Shown here piece by piece: positions 42,774-54,838 of a stretch of 64,000 nt of DNA. The translations under genes and the position numbers were made by a program. The notes under the pieces are model-generated. The model was not told the origin of the DNA. It worked only from the letters and a program-made list of their open reading frames with translations, and did no database searches. Positions within the stretch are counted from its first letter, which is position 1, and every line of letters starts with the position of its first letter. Source of the DNA: Xylographa opegraphella (taxonomy: Eukaryota); assembly GCA_022813865.1 (NCBI GenBank), contig JALDZX010000022.1, forward strand, positions 124,001 through 188,000, read 5' to 3'.

Positions 42774-43370
42774 ATGGATATCAGCACCATCACCAACCAT
42801 CCCTGCATCGCTGCTTCGGCTGTCGCGAGCGGACCAGACACTGTGCCACGCGCGGGAGACTCTTTCGCCCTTACCACCTCCCGCCCATCCAGCAGGTCTC
42901 CATTCGCAAGCACCCTCCCCTCCCCACCGCCCCGGCCCCGGCCTCGCCCGTCCACCTCCCCCTCCCCACCCGCCAAACGCCGCATCACGACCACGAACGC
43001 CTGCACGGCCTGCAAATGCGCCAAAGCGAAATGCTCCGGCACCCAGTCCGCCTGCATGCGGTGCGCCCGCCGTGGCGAGAGCTCCGCCTGCCGCTATGAA
43101 GCCGACACGCGTTCCCAAAAGGAGGCCATGGTCGAAGAGATCCGCGAGCTGCGGCGGCGATACAGCAGGGCGGAGCGCATCCTGCGGCAGGTGAGCGGCG
43201 AGGGGGGCGAGGGAACCGTGCACGCCTTGCGTAGGGGCGATAGCTACGAGGAGATCGACCGTGGCTTGAGGATCGAGGAGCGCGAGGACCGCAGCAGGCG
43301 GGCGGCGCCCCCGGATCGTTGGCGAGCGGAGAGGCCGGGCGAGGGGGATGCGGTCGTTATGGACGCGTAG
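42774..43370 (+). CDS. Short (198 aa) Zn2Cys6 protein lacking the fungal TF middle domain
   Basis: NACTACKCAKAKCSGTQSACMRCARRGESSACRY (C-x2-C-x6-C-x6-C-x2-C-x8-C) followed by a coiled-coil-like segment; single ORF. Confidence 0.8.
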   Translation: MDISTITNHPCIAASAVASGPDTVPRAGDSFALTTSRPSSRSPFASTLPSPPPRPRPRPSTSPSPPAKRRITTTNACTACKCAKAKCSGTQSACMRCARRGESSACRYEADTRSQKEAMVEEIRELRRRYSRAERILRQVSGEGGEGTVHALRRGDSYEEIDRGLRIEEREDRSRRAAPPDRWRAERPGEGDAVVMDA

Positions 43371-46300
43371 GGGGCATGGGGTGCGTGTGCACTGCTGCGC
43401 GGAGAGACAAAAGTGGTAGCCCAAGTGAGGAATTTTGCGTTGAGAGGGGGGGAAGGAGAAAAGAGCGGGTCGCCACACAGTGTTACATTACTGCCGGTTT
43501 TTCTCGACGAAGTTGGTTGAGGTGTGCAGCGGCTCACCCTGGGCGCAGAAGTCGAAGCGATACTCACGAGCTACGCTTTCAGTGTTCAATTCTCGAGTGA
43601 CATACTGAGGCCTTTTCGTGCTCCGTCCAACAAAACTCACTCGACGCGGGTGCGGTTGATGATCGAGCGCATCGGCTGGTGGTCTACGCGTCCAACCGGA
43701 AGAAAGTCCAGGCTCGGTTACGCAACGCGGGCTGGACCGCTTTGACAGCCTCGTTAAGGGGGAGATCTCTCTTCCAGACGGTACGATCGAGGCGAAGATG
43801 AGAACACGGGTCGGGGAGACGTCTTGTTTTCGTGTCGACTGGAGAATCGGGGTCGCGAGTCATTCCGTCGTGGTGGCCAAGGTGGCCTGTGGACCTACGG
43901 GACTGGTTTGAAGCTGTGTCGTATCATTTCTCTGTTGGAGCGTGCCCGTGCTATTTTCTCTTTTTTCCCACTTTTCCCCCTGACAGCGGTTGTGGGCGTG
44001 ATTGGAAGGTGTGAACTCGTCACTCTACTAGAATTTATATACTCTGAAGTAATCTTTTGATCGGAGACTCATGCAGGTCTAGCTCCTGAGGCTCGGTGAA
44101 AAGACATGTTTCGTGCAAGTCGTGTAGTTTGATACGACTGGCTTTAGTGGGACATAGCTTGAGAGGGTTGTGCTGAGCTGGATCATGGGAGCTTGACTGG
44201 AGTGTTTTGGTCTTTTTGGGTAATGGGCTGAATGGTGTGGAAAGCGGAGATTCTCGTGAGTCTTCCCATTTCCTTACCATAAGATGTCACTGCGGAGCAT
44301 GTTTGGTCATTTCATCACTCTTGTTGCGCGATTGCGTGATGGAATAATTTCTTTGGCCAATAACTACTGTTTAGTATGGGGCAAGGGCTGGACCCTAAAA
44401 ACAAGGGTTTCTAGGTACCTTAAGATAAGATTGTTACCGGAGAGCGATTGTACCTCGTCGAGCAAGGCTGGAGGAACAGAAGCGGTCTCGAAGATTCGAC
44501 GAGGTACTACCTCAACTACCTTACCTTAGCTTTTGAAGCAAACAATCTGTGAAGGTGCTACCTAAGGTATGTAATACCTACCTGCTCTAGAACACAGTAT
44601 TTTCTTCTGGTCTCGACACAAGCGCACCACTGAGTGGTTGGTCCCTACCCGCATACAGCTTGTTGGCGCGCGTACAGTGCTTATCTCCTACGAAGTGATC
44701 TCCTTCGACGACTACAAAAACAGTTCGGAAGTTAATTGTGCCTGGCCTATGAACTGCCAGCGGAACCAAATCCCCGCAAGTAGCTCCGATCATGCCGAGA
44801 TCTGGTCACAGTCTAGCAATATGTAATGAAAGGATACCGATCAGGTATTGCGATTGTCCTCCAGCACGCTTTGTGTGACTGGTTCAAAGCTATGTCGAGG
44901 TTGTATGTGGGTAATGGCTGCAATTATTGAAAGCCTGCATGATCTACGCTTTTCCTGGTACCGCGGATTGGTTTGGGAAATGTGAATAGATGGGGGGTCA
45001 GTACTATGCCAATCAATGGTGGTGCTGGGGGATGAACGTGGTCGAATAGAGCTGGTCTGGTCGACTGACAAACATGGTATGTCGATTTAGATTTTTGTGA
45101 ACCTTGATATCCGCGTATTCGATTATGATTAGAACGCCTAGACCACGAGTATTCCAAGTGACTCTCAACTCAGATCTGCTACAGCGTTCGCTTTCTTATC
45201 ATTGACCGTCGCTCATGCAGTGGGTCGTGGATGGGCCAGTTCTAGAGCACCTCCTTCGTGCAGCAGCAGTGGCACCCTGACTGACCTTCCCGATCTTTGG
45301 AATTATCGGTCGACACAGACTTATTTGAAACTCGCTAATGCTGGTGTCGGATCGCCACAAAGTTTTATATCGGAGAATATCCACCGAGGGTAGTGGTACA
45401 CCCATTGTCAAATGTCGTCGGAGCAAGCACCGTTGTCAATCTGAAACTGTCGTTGTCTTTCAATTTTCTATGGATTCTTTTCATAGATCCAAGTTCTTAT
45501 CGTGCTAGGATGGACAAAGCCCCTGAGATTTCTCTATGGTCGTTGACGGGCTACCCGCTGTTATGGCGAAGTTCTCTAATACCTAAAGTCATACATCACT
45601 CATACGACCTATACGAGGGAGATTAGGACACAGCACAGTATCGTGGGACAATGCCTTCTTCAGATTGGCACTCCTGTATCTTCAACTTAGTCGATCTGCA
45701 ATGCCTGCTCCATCGCATCCACTATTTCTACAGTCCTGAGGCATGCTGTCCCATGACACGCCACTATTGAAGTATCAAGATCTGTATCTCGAAACATCTT
45801 AGTCAAATGGTTTGGTGTCTGAGACCTTGTGTGGCTGTACCCATTTTGCCGATATTCTCATACATGGTTTGTTGATTCCGTCGCTAGATTCCCCGTCGAT
45901 CTCATACCCAAATTATCTTACTTCACAATTTACTGGCCAGCTTTATCCCGAGACATGCATGTCGGAGTATAGTCGTGGGATGGGAATGCGGCTATGTAGA
46001 AGTGTGGGGCAGTGGTCATGCATTTACAAGCTTGCCCTGTCGCGTGTTGTAACTACTCATTGGCTTCCAAGTCCGTCGAGCTTACTCTCTGCCGATTAAG
46101 TCATCACTCAGCAATCTACACATCCTCCGTATCGTCTCATCTTTGCTGTTGGAGGGTGGCGGGCTGACGATATGATTGAGACGCTTTTTTGTTACGAAGG
46201 TGTATTCCAGTGAAAAAACAGGAGAACCGAACGGAGCGGGCTTGAAGGGCTCTCTCCGGCATTCTGGCGGTGTCGTCGATACTCGATACTGTACTGGTCG

Positions 46301-46438
46301 ATTAACAGCGTATTGCCGCTGCTCGAGTTGAATAAAGAAGGAGATCCTGAGTCTTCAGATTCCTGTTGTGGACTTCGTCTCTTTTGAGTGCCAGTCACAC
46401 TCTCACATAGTGCTGCCGTATTTCCAATCAAAGCCTGA

Positions 46439-47305
46439 ATGGCATTGCAGCGCTATCATACAATCTATCTGTTCTATATTCTTGTTTTATTTTTCCACTT
46501 GCATGAGTTCACGCAGGCGCTCGCTCATCCTGTAAGTGCTAACGTGCACCTCAAGTCTTCCGTGACCGCTCACACCTCGCCACCTCATGGAGCCACCGGC
46601 GTCCCCGCGATTATCAGTAATTGCAGCGCAACTTCCTCAACAAAGCTACTCCCTCGGAGAAATCTGTCTCCTCCAGAGCAGCGTAATCTTTCAGTTTCGC
46701 TAGGCATACCGGATCACCATTCGAAATTCGCCCGTTCTCTGACGGCCACTTCAGTCGTCAAAGTGGAATTTGTTTCAACGCCCGGATCAGCAACGAGAAC
46801 GCAGCGAGCCAATCGGTCTTCGGCTACCACTGTGCTCACTTGTCCCCAAATCTTATATACTCCAAATCCGACCACCCTTCATACTGTCTCAACCCGCTCC
46901 TCCATCACTACGGCAAGCACGAACCCCTCGAACTCCACTTCCACTTCCGCCTCGATCAAATCTACATCTGCAACAGCTCCTCCACCCTACACCTCGGCTT
47001 CCCAGCTGGCGACCGCTCTACTGCCGCAGAATCTCTCCCTCTCCCTTCTCGTTCCTCTAATCCTTGTCCTCGCCATTATAATCATCCTGCTCTTCCTCCT
47101 CATCCGCTCCAGCCGACCCACTATCACGCCCGTACATCAACAACCCCCTTTTGAAAACAGATACGATTCACGTCTCTTGGAAGTTCCCAGCACGGAAAGT
47201 ACAGTGGTGACGTGCCGGGAGATCCACGAGCTCCCCGATTCATCGCCGTGGAGTGATTGGGAGCGGTGTTTGGAACGTATCAAGGAACTGGATGCCGGGG
47301 TTTAG
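46439..47305 (+). CDS. Ser/Thr-rich single-pass cell-surface protein, unknown function
   Basis: Hydrophobic N-terminus, Ser/Thr-rich ectodomain, TM LLVPLILVLAIIIILLFLLI and a short cytoplasmic tail. Confidence 0.7.
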   Translation: MALQRYHTIYLFYILVLFFHLHEFTQALAHPVSANVHLKSSVTAHTSPPHGATGVPAIISNCSATSSTKLLPRRNLSPPEQRNLSVSLGIPDHHSKFARSLTATSVVKVEFVSTPGSATRTQRANRSSATTVLTCPQILYTPNPTTLHTVSTRSSITTASTNPSNSTSTSASIKSTSATAPPPYTSASQLATALLPQNLSLSLLVPLILVLAIIIILLFLLIRSSRPTITPVHQQPPFENRYDSRLLEVPSTESTVVTCREIHELPDSSPWSDWERCLERIKELDAGV

Positions 47306-47994
47306 TTAGTGGAGATAAGGTAGGTGAGACGAACGGTTGTTGTGTTTTCTCCTCGGCGCTATTTCTTGGCGACGGAGGTATTTGTCTGAGGTGCTGGAAT
47401 GGTTGTGTCTGTTCACTTTCGGAGGACGCGTGGATCAGAAGCTGCTTGCTGTTCGTAATGGTGATTTCTGTTGCTGCAGTGACATGGAAAGTGTCTTCTC
47501 CAAATAATCTGCGGATGGAAGATGATGGGTGGTGGACTCAATAAATGCTTCTCATGTTGGAAGATAGAAACACAGAGAAGGTGGCGTCTAGGTAGGTGGA
47601 AGTATGGGTGAAGACATGCAGAGGCTGCCAGGGTATGGTGAGAAGAATGCCGAGAAGAATAATATTTGATTCATGCTGGGAATGTTAGAATGGTGGGGTC
47701 GAAGAAGATGTAAATAGGGACGGTTTGGCTGGATTGATCTTGAGCCCTTGAGGAATACGAGACAGCATGGATGATATGCTGGAAATGGCTTGAGGATGAG
47801 GAGAAGCTCAAAGTTGCGACTGAGCGTCAGGTCCACTGGTTGCCTTTGAGAATGTTCCGTGCATCGAGAAATTACATACAAATGCACTTGCACGAGAGAT
47901 TACGGATTCAGTGAGTGCAATCAGTCATTGAGCATTATACGACCTCTTTCTTCGACATTAGGCTAGTCTAATAGGAAGAGGTGCCCGAGACTTG

Positions 47995-49045
47995 TCACTC
48001 TCGACTCGTGTCCACTTGAGCATCTTTATCCGCCAGTGCAGGAGCTACCGAGTACAGGACGTTGTTATTAACCGCGAATGATTTGATCACCTTTTGACCG
48101 CCATCAGCCCTGACCAACCAATCTACAAATAGGTTGGCCATGTCCTTATTCTTGCCATAGCTGCAAACTAGAGCGTGTGCTGGATTCAATAGGACATCCC
48201 CTTCGTCATCACCTCCTTCCATCTGTAGTTGTCAGAAAATCGTGAAAGAAGATTGTGGAACATACGAATATAGTCATTTCATCCCTGACCCATTCCTCAA
48301 CGGCAAACCACGTTCCGCGATCAACAAGAGTGTACTCCTGCAACCTCGCAGCAGCCTGGAGCGCATCGAACGGAAAGAGCACATCACGATGATACCAACT
48401 TGAGTAGGGATGAGACCAAGGATTCTGTCCAATAGCAGCCCAAATACTTGATTCCTTGATGTTGGTCGCTGACTTGTCGTAGCGAGAAAGAAAGCGGACT
48501 TGCTGCTTCGAGTTCGCACTTTCCACCGCAGCACAAAAGAGCTGTGAGAAGAGATCGTATATCGTCTGTCCAGTACCCGGTTGGCCTGTGGTTAGTCTGG
48601 CTGGATCGCTCCTAGGCCCTGAGACCTGATCAACAAGCACCACGCGGAGTCTGTTTCAGCCTTCACACGCACCGACAAGCATGAAATGGTCCCGCCATGC
48701 AGACTCAGACCTATCTGCGATACCTTGCCTCAAGGCAATGCTCTCCGCCATCACATGATATGTGATACTCAAATCTGCAGCGTTCTCGGCCAAGTGGTTG
48801 AAAGAAGCAGCGGTATCTGACTTGATCCACACTATGCTGACGGGTTTAGGGTTGGGTTTCGTCCCCCTTTCATCAATGAAGGCATACGCCAACGCACGCA
48901 CAAGCCCGGACTCCCCAGCACCACCGGTTGCTATTCGGAGCTTGATGTCTTTAATTCCCTCTTGCGATCTTGAGTAGATTTCAGCTCCGCGAACCTTTTT
49001 TGGAACTCGCATCGAGATCTCTCGCTCGAAGGCAACAGACGCCAT
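47995..49045 (-). CDS. Periplasmic-binding-protein fold protein, TupA (tungstate/oxyanion-binding)-like
   Basis: LRIATGGAGESGL, WRDHFMLVGP.SDPA, FLSRYDKSATNIKE, YTLVDRGTW and LLNPAH match my recollection of the TupA pattern (FVSRGDxSGTHxKE, YTLxDRGT, LxNxY). Introns 48619-48672 and 48223-48265. Confidence 0.8.
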
Positions 49046-49372
49046 TCTACCTCCAGGGTCAATTTATATAGAGGCTGGCTAAATCAAAAATTTCAATGAT
49101 TCAAAGGCTAGGGAAGCAATTGTTAAAACTGGCAGACTTCGTAAGGCATCGTGCTGTTGTCACATTACCTAATAAGGCACAATTGCCAAGGTAATTTATC
49201 TTATTAGATCCTGCCTAGAAGCTTATTAGCCTGAGTAGTCCGAGAGTAGTCTAATCTTAGCCATAAGCGGTATTATAACATTCTTCATATCCATCACGCC
49301 TCAATACTTTTTGATATTGTGCTGCCCTGTTCCTCGTTGCAAAGGCTTGCAGGGTGTGGCATACCTTGGAAT

Positions 49373-50827
49373 ATGGCATCCAAACGGATGTCTCCGACTG
49401 CAAGTCTACTGCGGCAGTCAAGATTGTTCTCACTGCCACCACCTCTACCACGACCAAACCAAACCAATGCGACTACCGGAATCACTTTTCAATCCGATAC
49501 TGCCACCCTACCTTACCCTATACATGCATCTATTGAAACTACTCAATCCTCTTTAGCCCGTGGTGACTGGGGCTTGAAACGGCCATTACCTCAGAGATCG
49601 ACATCTGGCACTACTACTCCTGTGATCCGCATCGGAGCAATCGATACAATTGACCACATCACCGACTTCAATTCTGCAGCTGACCATACCCTCACCCTTC
49701 GGAAATGGCAAGAGATGAATATGCCTGTCAGTATGCCGCAAGTACGAAGATCGATATCGAATTCAGATCCTTTAATCAGTACATTCGAAGAGGATCTTAA
49801 CAGCACCGAGGCTACCGGCATCAACTCATCAGGGGATTCAAAGCGCTGGAAATATCGAGGACCATGGCTTGCCGGGAAGACTGCTGGAGAATTTGAGGAC
49901 TACATTACAAAGAGAATCAAGAAAAGGAGGCCCGAATTCCGCAAATACATGCGGGAGTGGCTGCGCCAGAGAATGACCATTACTGCTCGACGCGATGCTA
50001 TTGACAAAGGCAAAGATATTCCTAGTGCCGATGTCAAGGTTTCTGAGGAGGAGCTGCAAGCAGAAATCATCAAATTACGGCATGACCCTACTGATCTTTG
50101 GGTGCTGATATGGCGCTTTTTGGACCTTCCTGGCTCACCGCCGGGCGTACACCTGCATGCTGTGGACAGAATGCTCACTAGTATAGGGAGTATTGAGGAA
50201 GACCAGGCGAATAAGGATATAGAGCAGGGTCCCCCAACAACGCATCCTTCAGCAGGTCTCTCATACCTTCGAACGGCTTCCCACGTCCCCAACCATCCAA
50301 TCCTGGGTCCGTTGAGTTCTCAGCCACCAGTAATAACTCGTATTCTCAAGGTCCCTTCGCCAGCAGGTAACATTGACAAAGGTGGATTTGTTGGCGTTGG
50401 GGGAATTGTTGCACAGGAAGCAAAGAGCCGTGTGTTCAAAGATGCAGGCAGCAGCCAGTGGACGGATTTCGATGCTGATCTCGAAGGAGGGGCGAAGGGT
50501 TGGGTGCACCTTCAAAGAGCGAGCATTGACCCGCAAGGCCGTATCAAGCTCGAGGTGGAAAGAGCAAGCGACGATTCGATTGCTTTGTGGGAAGGGCTCG
50601 TTGCTCCGGACATACTGGCAGCTCAAGCTGCTGGTAAAGCTGATAATGGGACAAAGCTGACGAGACCAGCTCGCGCCGCAGAACGGTTATTCAACGCGCC
50701 CAAGGGACCATTGCCGACAAAGGTCTACGATGACCCTACCAAGATTGATGAAATAACCAGAAGAGAACTGAATGACATGCTTGTGCAGGCTGGATTCCAA
50801 GACACGGTTATACCGGAAAAATCGTGA
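49373..50827 (+). CDS. mrp51: Mitochondrial small-subunit ribosomal protein Mrp51 (bS1m)
   Basis: SLLRQSRLFSLP, SLARGDWGLKRPLP, LRKWQEM and THPSAGLSY; first ATG at 49373 opens a basic presequence-like start. Confidence 0.88.
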   Translation: MASKRMSPTASLLRQSRLFSLPPPLPRPNQTNATTGITFQSDTATLPYPIHASIETTQSSLARGDWGLKRPLPQRSTSGTTTPVIRIGAIDTIDHITDFNSAADHTLTLRKWQEMNMPVSMPQVRRSISNSDPLISTFEEDLNSTEATGINSSGDSKRWKYRGPWLAGKTAGEFEDYITKRIKKRRPEFRKYMREWLRQRMTITARRDAIDKGKDIPSADVKVSEEELQAEIIKLRHDPTDLWVLIWRFLDLPGSPPGVHLHAVDRMLTSIGSIEEDQANKDIEQGPPTTHPSAGLSYLRTASHVPNHPILGPLSSQPPVITRILKVPSPAGNIDKGGFVGVGGIVAQEAKSRVFKDAGSSQWTDFDADLEGGAKGWVHLQRASIDPQGRIKLEVERASDDSIALWEGLVAPDILAAQAAGKADNGTKLTRPARAAERLFNAPKGPLPTKVYDDPTKIDEITRRELNDMLVQAGFQDTVIPEKS

Positions 50828-50981
50828 GGGAAGCAATTCCATGTAAGAAAATCAAGTCCGTCTGGTGTAACATCCCAAGAATCATACAAGCCAATTTATA
50901 TAATTTTGTTTCTGTGGATAACTACGACTGCATTTCACTTGAAAGAGGCAGTTCTACGGCTGTTGTTCAGATTACCGAAAA

Positions 50982-51555
50982 TCAATGGGTGCTTCCGAGC
51001 TCGTTCAGATCTGGTACATCAGACTTGTTGCACACAATGCCCATTGCCCCCTGCACAATGTCCCGGTCTCCTTGAAACGTAAGCTTCATGAGAACATCCT
51101 CGTAATCGAACAACCCGACCTCAAACTGGTCTTCCGCGGCCCCGATCTCCTCTCCGTTCGGCCCATCAATAGCAGCAATATACCAAAAGATGAGTTTTAC
51201 ATTGTGGATACCGCTGAGTTCTCGAATCGTAACCGCGACAGGCTCGCAAATACCTTCATGAACGTGAACCGGTGTCCGGTGTATGCCCGGTTTCTACCGC
51301 AGGAGGAGCACGCACTGGCATCGTTACCGGTAGTAGACAGCAACGAAAGCCAGTCTCCTCGCGAGCCTCGCGCAGCGCAGCTTCCGAGAGTGACTCTCCG
51401 CACTTCCGACGACCTTTGGGTAACAACCACTCGTCACGGGACTTCAGGCGAACGAGGCAGATCTGCTTCTTCGATAGGTGGAAGATGATGGCCCCGGCGC
51501 TTTCGACGAATTCGCCAGACATGTATTGCGTGGTGGCGTACCTCGAGGCTGCCAT
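50982..51555 (-). pseudogene. NUDIX hydrolase interrupted by a single-base frameshift near 51270 (pseudogene or sequence error)
   Basis: Nudix box LPKGRRKCGESLSEAALREAREETG. The frame stops at 51256, but another frame continues HEGICEPVAVTIRELSGIHNVKLIFWYIAA...KLTFQGDRDIV to TGA at 50982. Span is 574 nt (3n+1). Confidence 0.75.
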
Positions 51556-52467
51556 TCTGGGTTTGTGGGATGGAGTTGAGATGTTTGTTGTATGAATGAG
51601 AAAGTGCTGCGAAGGTAAGTTGCGTCTTAGAGCAGAATCAAGCCTGCATGTCTAAAGATGTTATATTTTGGATCTGCGAGGCAATGTAGAGAGCTCTGGT
51701 CTTATTACGTTGATCCTATCTTTGGTATTGGAGACTCATACATCTTGTCTTACTACCGCTTTGCCTGAGGAAGAATACCATAGGCTAAATACAAGAGTGT
51801 AATTGGACGTCCAGCAAAGGAGAAGAGTAGCTCGATGCAAAGCAGCGGTAGAACCTACAGAACTATAGTGTTCTAGCATCCCAATTCAAAGCTTTTGAGA
51901 GATATGCGGAGCTTCATTGGGCAGGTCAACTCTGAAATAAAGAGTGCAGAAAGTTGAACGCTCATCCCTATCGACAAACCTCTGTACCAAAGATCCTTGT
52001 TCTTGTGGGCATGCGATTGCAATTGTTCTCTAGTATCGGTACCTTCGCAGGTTCCGGAATCAGTTTTCACCCTCCGTGCCCTCAATAGACTAATATCGAC
52101 CACACTGGCCTGGGTGGTAGTCTTACCCTTCTACGCTACAATAAATAGTAAAAGCTTCTGTCTGATTCAGGTTCTGAACAGAAAGATGTTCATTGTGATG
52201 AACAATACTTTCTTCGGGTCACTCAAACTGCAATTAACAAATTAAATAGAACACGTCTTTCTGTGAAAGATAGGGAGCGAAAGGTAGTGTAAGGTAGATT
52301 GAGATAACCTAAACGAATACGCCGTAGATTATCCGAACAAGATTCACGTGCCAAATGTAACCAGCTTAAGGTTAGCGGGCGCACTTGTAAAATAAGCGAG
52401 AACCACGAACATTTGATGCTCAATCGATGTTTCGGAGGATCATTATACGCTCATCAATACCGCCAAC

Positions 52468-53127
52468 ATGGGTCGAGTTCGTACAAAGGTATGACGCCTC
52501 ATCTGATTGAGCGCGATGGTATAGTAGACCAGAATTGTGGTACTAATCTGTCGGACAGACGGTCAAAAAGTCCGCCAAAGTAATCATTGAACGATACTAT
52601 CCAAAGTTGACTCTCGACTTCGAGACGAACAAGCGCATTTGTGATGAGATTGCTATCATAGCTTCTAAACGTCTTCGTAACAAGGTTCGTCTTCTCCAAT
52701 CACAAGCTTCAGATATGGCTACATTTGTACCAATGTGTGTCGATTCATGTCAACTAATACTACTACTTCCTAGATCGCCGGCTACACTACCCATCTTATG
52801 AAACGTATCCAACGAGGACCTGTCCGTGGTATTTCGTTCAAGTTACAGGAGGAAGAACGTGAACGGAAGGATCAATATGTCCCTGAAATTTCGGCTTTGG
52901 ACTTTACCCAGAACAGTGAAAGTGGACAATTGGACGTTGATGGAGAGACAAAGGATCTATTGAAGAGCTTAGGGGTCAGTCGACCTCACTTGACTTGCTT
53001 ATGAAGTGAGACACCAGTATTTACAATTTTCTAGTTCGATTCGATTCCGGTCAACGTGGTCGCAGTTAGCCAGCAGCAAGTCGCAGAGAGGCCGAGAAGG
53101 TTCGAGGGTCGTCCACCACGGACTTGA
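52468..53127 (+). CDS. rps17: 40S ribosomal protein eS17
   Basis: [81 protein letters not shown]; introns 52489-52558, 52685-52773 and 52975-53034. Confidence 0.98.
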
Positions 53128-53498
53128 GGTACAAGCCCGCACAGCTTCATCAGGAGTACTTGTATTGGTCTTGATTGACCCACAACATATCAGGAGTGAG
53201 CTAGATTGAATCAAACTCTTTCTAAAACAAGGTGTCGCTAAGCTTCCTTCGGGTTGTGAGGCTCGATTGCCACGTTAATCTGCTTGCTGATTGAACTGTA
53301 ACTTTCTGGATGCGAACACCAGAAACACCCCACCGACATGAATAAGCGTAAGAGCCCCAAGTGACTGTATTGATTGACACAGGATTCATCAGGAACTTTT
53401 TGATAATAACATTCGTAAACTCCGGGAGGTATCTATGCTGAATTCTTCTAAGCGAACATATCAAAAATCTCTCATGAAACTGTTGCAATCCTCGATGA

Positions 53499-54395
53499 TT
53501 ATAACGTGTCCATGAGATCGCCTTCATCGCGTAGATTTGGCTCCCATAGTCTTCGAGTTGTACGACCACCGCTTATTCTAGGCACGTAACCCTCAATCGA
53601 GTCATACATCCTGCCAGATTGATGATAGGGATCATTCTGTAACGCATTCCCACTAGGCCTCAATGGAGCTTCGTGCTCGCGTATAGAGACGTCAAATGGC
53701 GAGCGAGCATTCCCATTGTATTCTTCGCCTCGCTCGATCGCCAACTGTTTCAGACCTGCCGTCACAGTGGTAAGATCCACATCCTCCCTATACTGGGCTC
53801 TACTACTCTGTTCATGTTCACCATATAGCAGTATGCTTGCAGTGCCTGATCTCTCCCATGCTGGCACCCCATTGAGTTGTACTCGTAAATAAAGCGCCCT
53901 TCTCCCACAATCTGTGGAGCACCATCTGTCCAGCTCTTCCTTCGTCATATCCTCTACACTCTTGTCCTTGTTCGTGCCGGACTTTAAGATTCGGTACAAG
54001 GACTTTCGTTTTCCCACCTGGTGTGGTCGTGAGCACAGCACATAGCCACACTTTCCATCTATGTTACGCTCTTCGACCAAAGAATCATAGTCTCCAGACT
54101 GAAATATCTGTAGAAGGGTTTTCACCTGTCTCACGTCCGCAGTGACTGGGTGAGCCGGGTCAGCGGTCTGACAGGAGGGAAAGTCAAGAAGGATTTCTGT
54201 GGCAGCAAGGATCGATGATTCCACATCCTTGCGTTGCTGTATCAGATAAGCATGCTGTAGAGCGATTTCACGATTCCTGATCTCTCGAGAATTTGGCCCC
54301 GAGGGCTCTGGAATAGTAGTTTTGGAGACATTGTTTTTGAGAGCAATTTTCTTTAGAATTGACTTGGGCATGGCATCTTCAATTGCAGACGTCAT
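53499..54395 (-). CDS. rtr1: Rtr1/RPAP2-type RNA polymerase II-associated protein
   Basis: YDSLVEERNIDGKCGYVLC...WCSTDCGRRALYLRVQL...PAWER zinc-finger pattern. Confidence 0.88.
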   Translation of the reverse strand: MTSAIEDAMPKSILKKIALKNNVSKTTIPEPSGPNSREIRNREIALQHAYLIQQRKDVESSILAATEILLDFPSCQTADPAHPVTADVRQVKTLLQIFQSGDYDSLVEERNIDGKCGYVLCSRPHQVGKRKSLYRILKSGTNKDKSVEDMTKEELDRWCSTDCGRRALYLRVQLNGVPAWERSGTASILLYGEHEQSSRAQYREDVDLTTVTAGLKQLAIERGEEYNGNARSPFDVSIREHEAPLRPSGNALQNDPYHQSGRMYDSIEGYVPRISGGRTTRRLWEPNLRDEGDLMDTL

Positions 54396-54838
54396 GCTTA
54401 GGAGACGTAGTGCCGTAGATCGTCACTCAGACTTGATGCTTGCCATTACAGTCGTGGCTTCGAAAATAACTGTAATGTATGGAGATACGAACGAACGAGG
54501 AAGTGTCTCGTAACATTATCCGGTAGCATCTCGGCTTTGTCTCGGGTCTTTTTTGGCTAGTCTAGCTTCAACATTGGGTCCCATGGATCGTACAATTCAC
54601 GAATGTATCTTTGATTCGCCTGCGAACATCGCAGAAGCTACACCGTCAGCCGGCTTGCTGTTGCGTGCATACAGATATGTAACCACTTGACTGGTAGGCA
54701 CTGCCATCCTCTCCGACCTTCATGCTACTGACGTACACAAGGAATCCTCCCACTTCCCCGCCAACTCAAGCTTTTGCCAATTGCACAGGGGCATTTTTCA
54801 GGCAAACATAATATACACACTCCTGACTTTCATCGAAT

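Noticed and set aside
43400..46400. Short ORFs in the 3-kb gap downstream of the short Zn2Cys6 gene
   Set aside because: No fungal TF domain remnants or other protein-like sequence recognised.
52185..52270. GTGATGA box-C-like word and small hairpin upstream of rps17 as a snoRNA
   Set aside because: No properly placed box D or terminal stem, and no recognisable rRNA complement.
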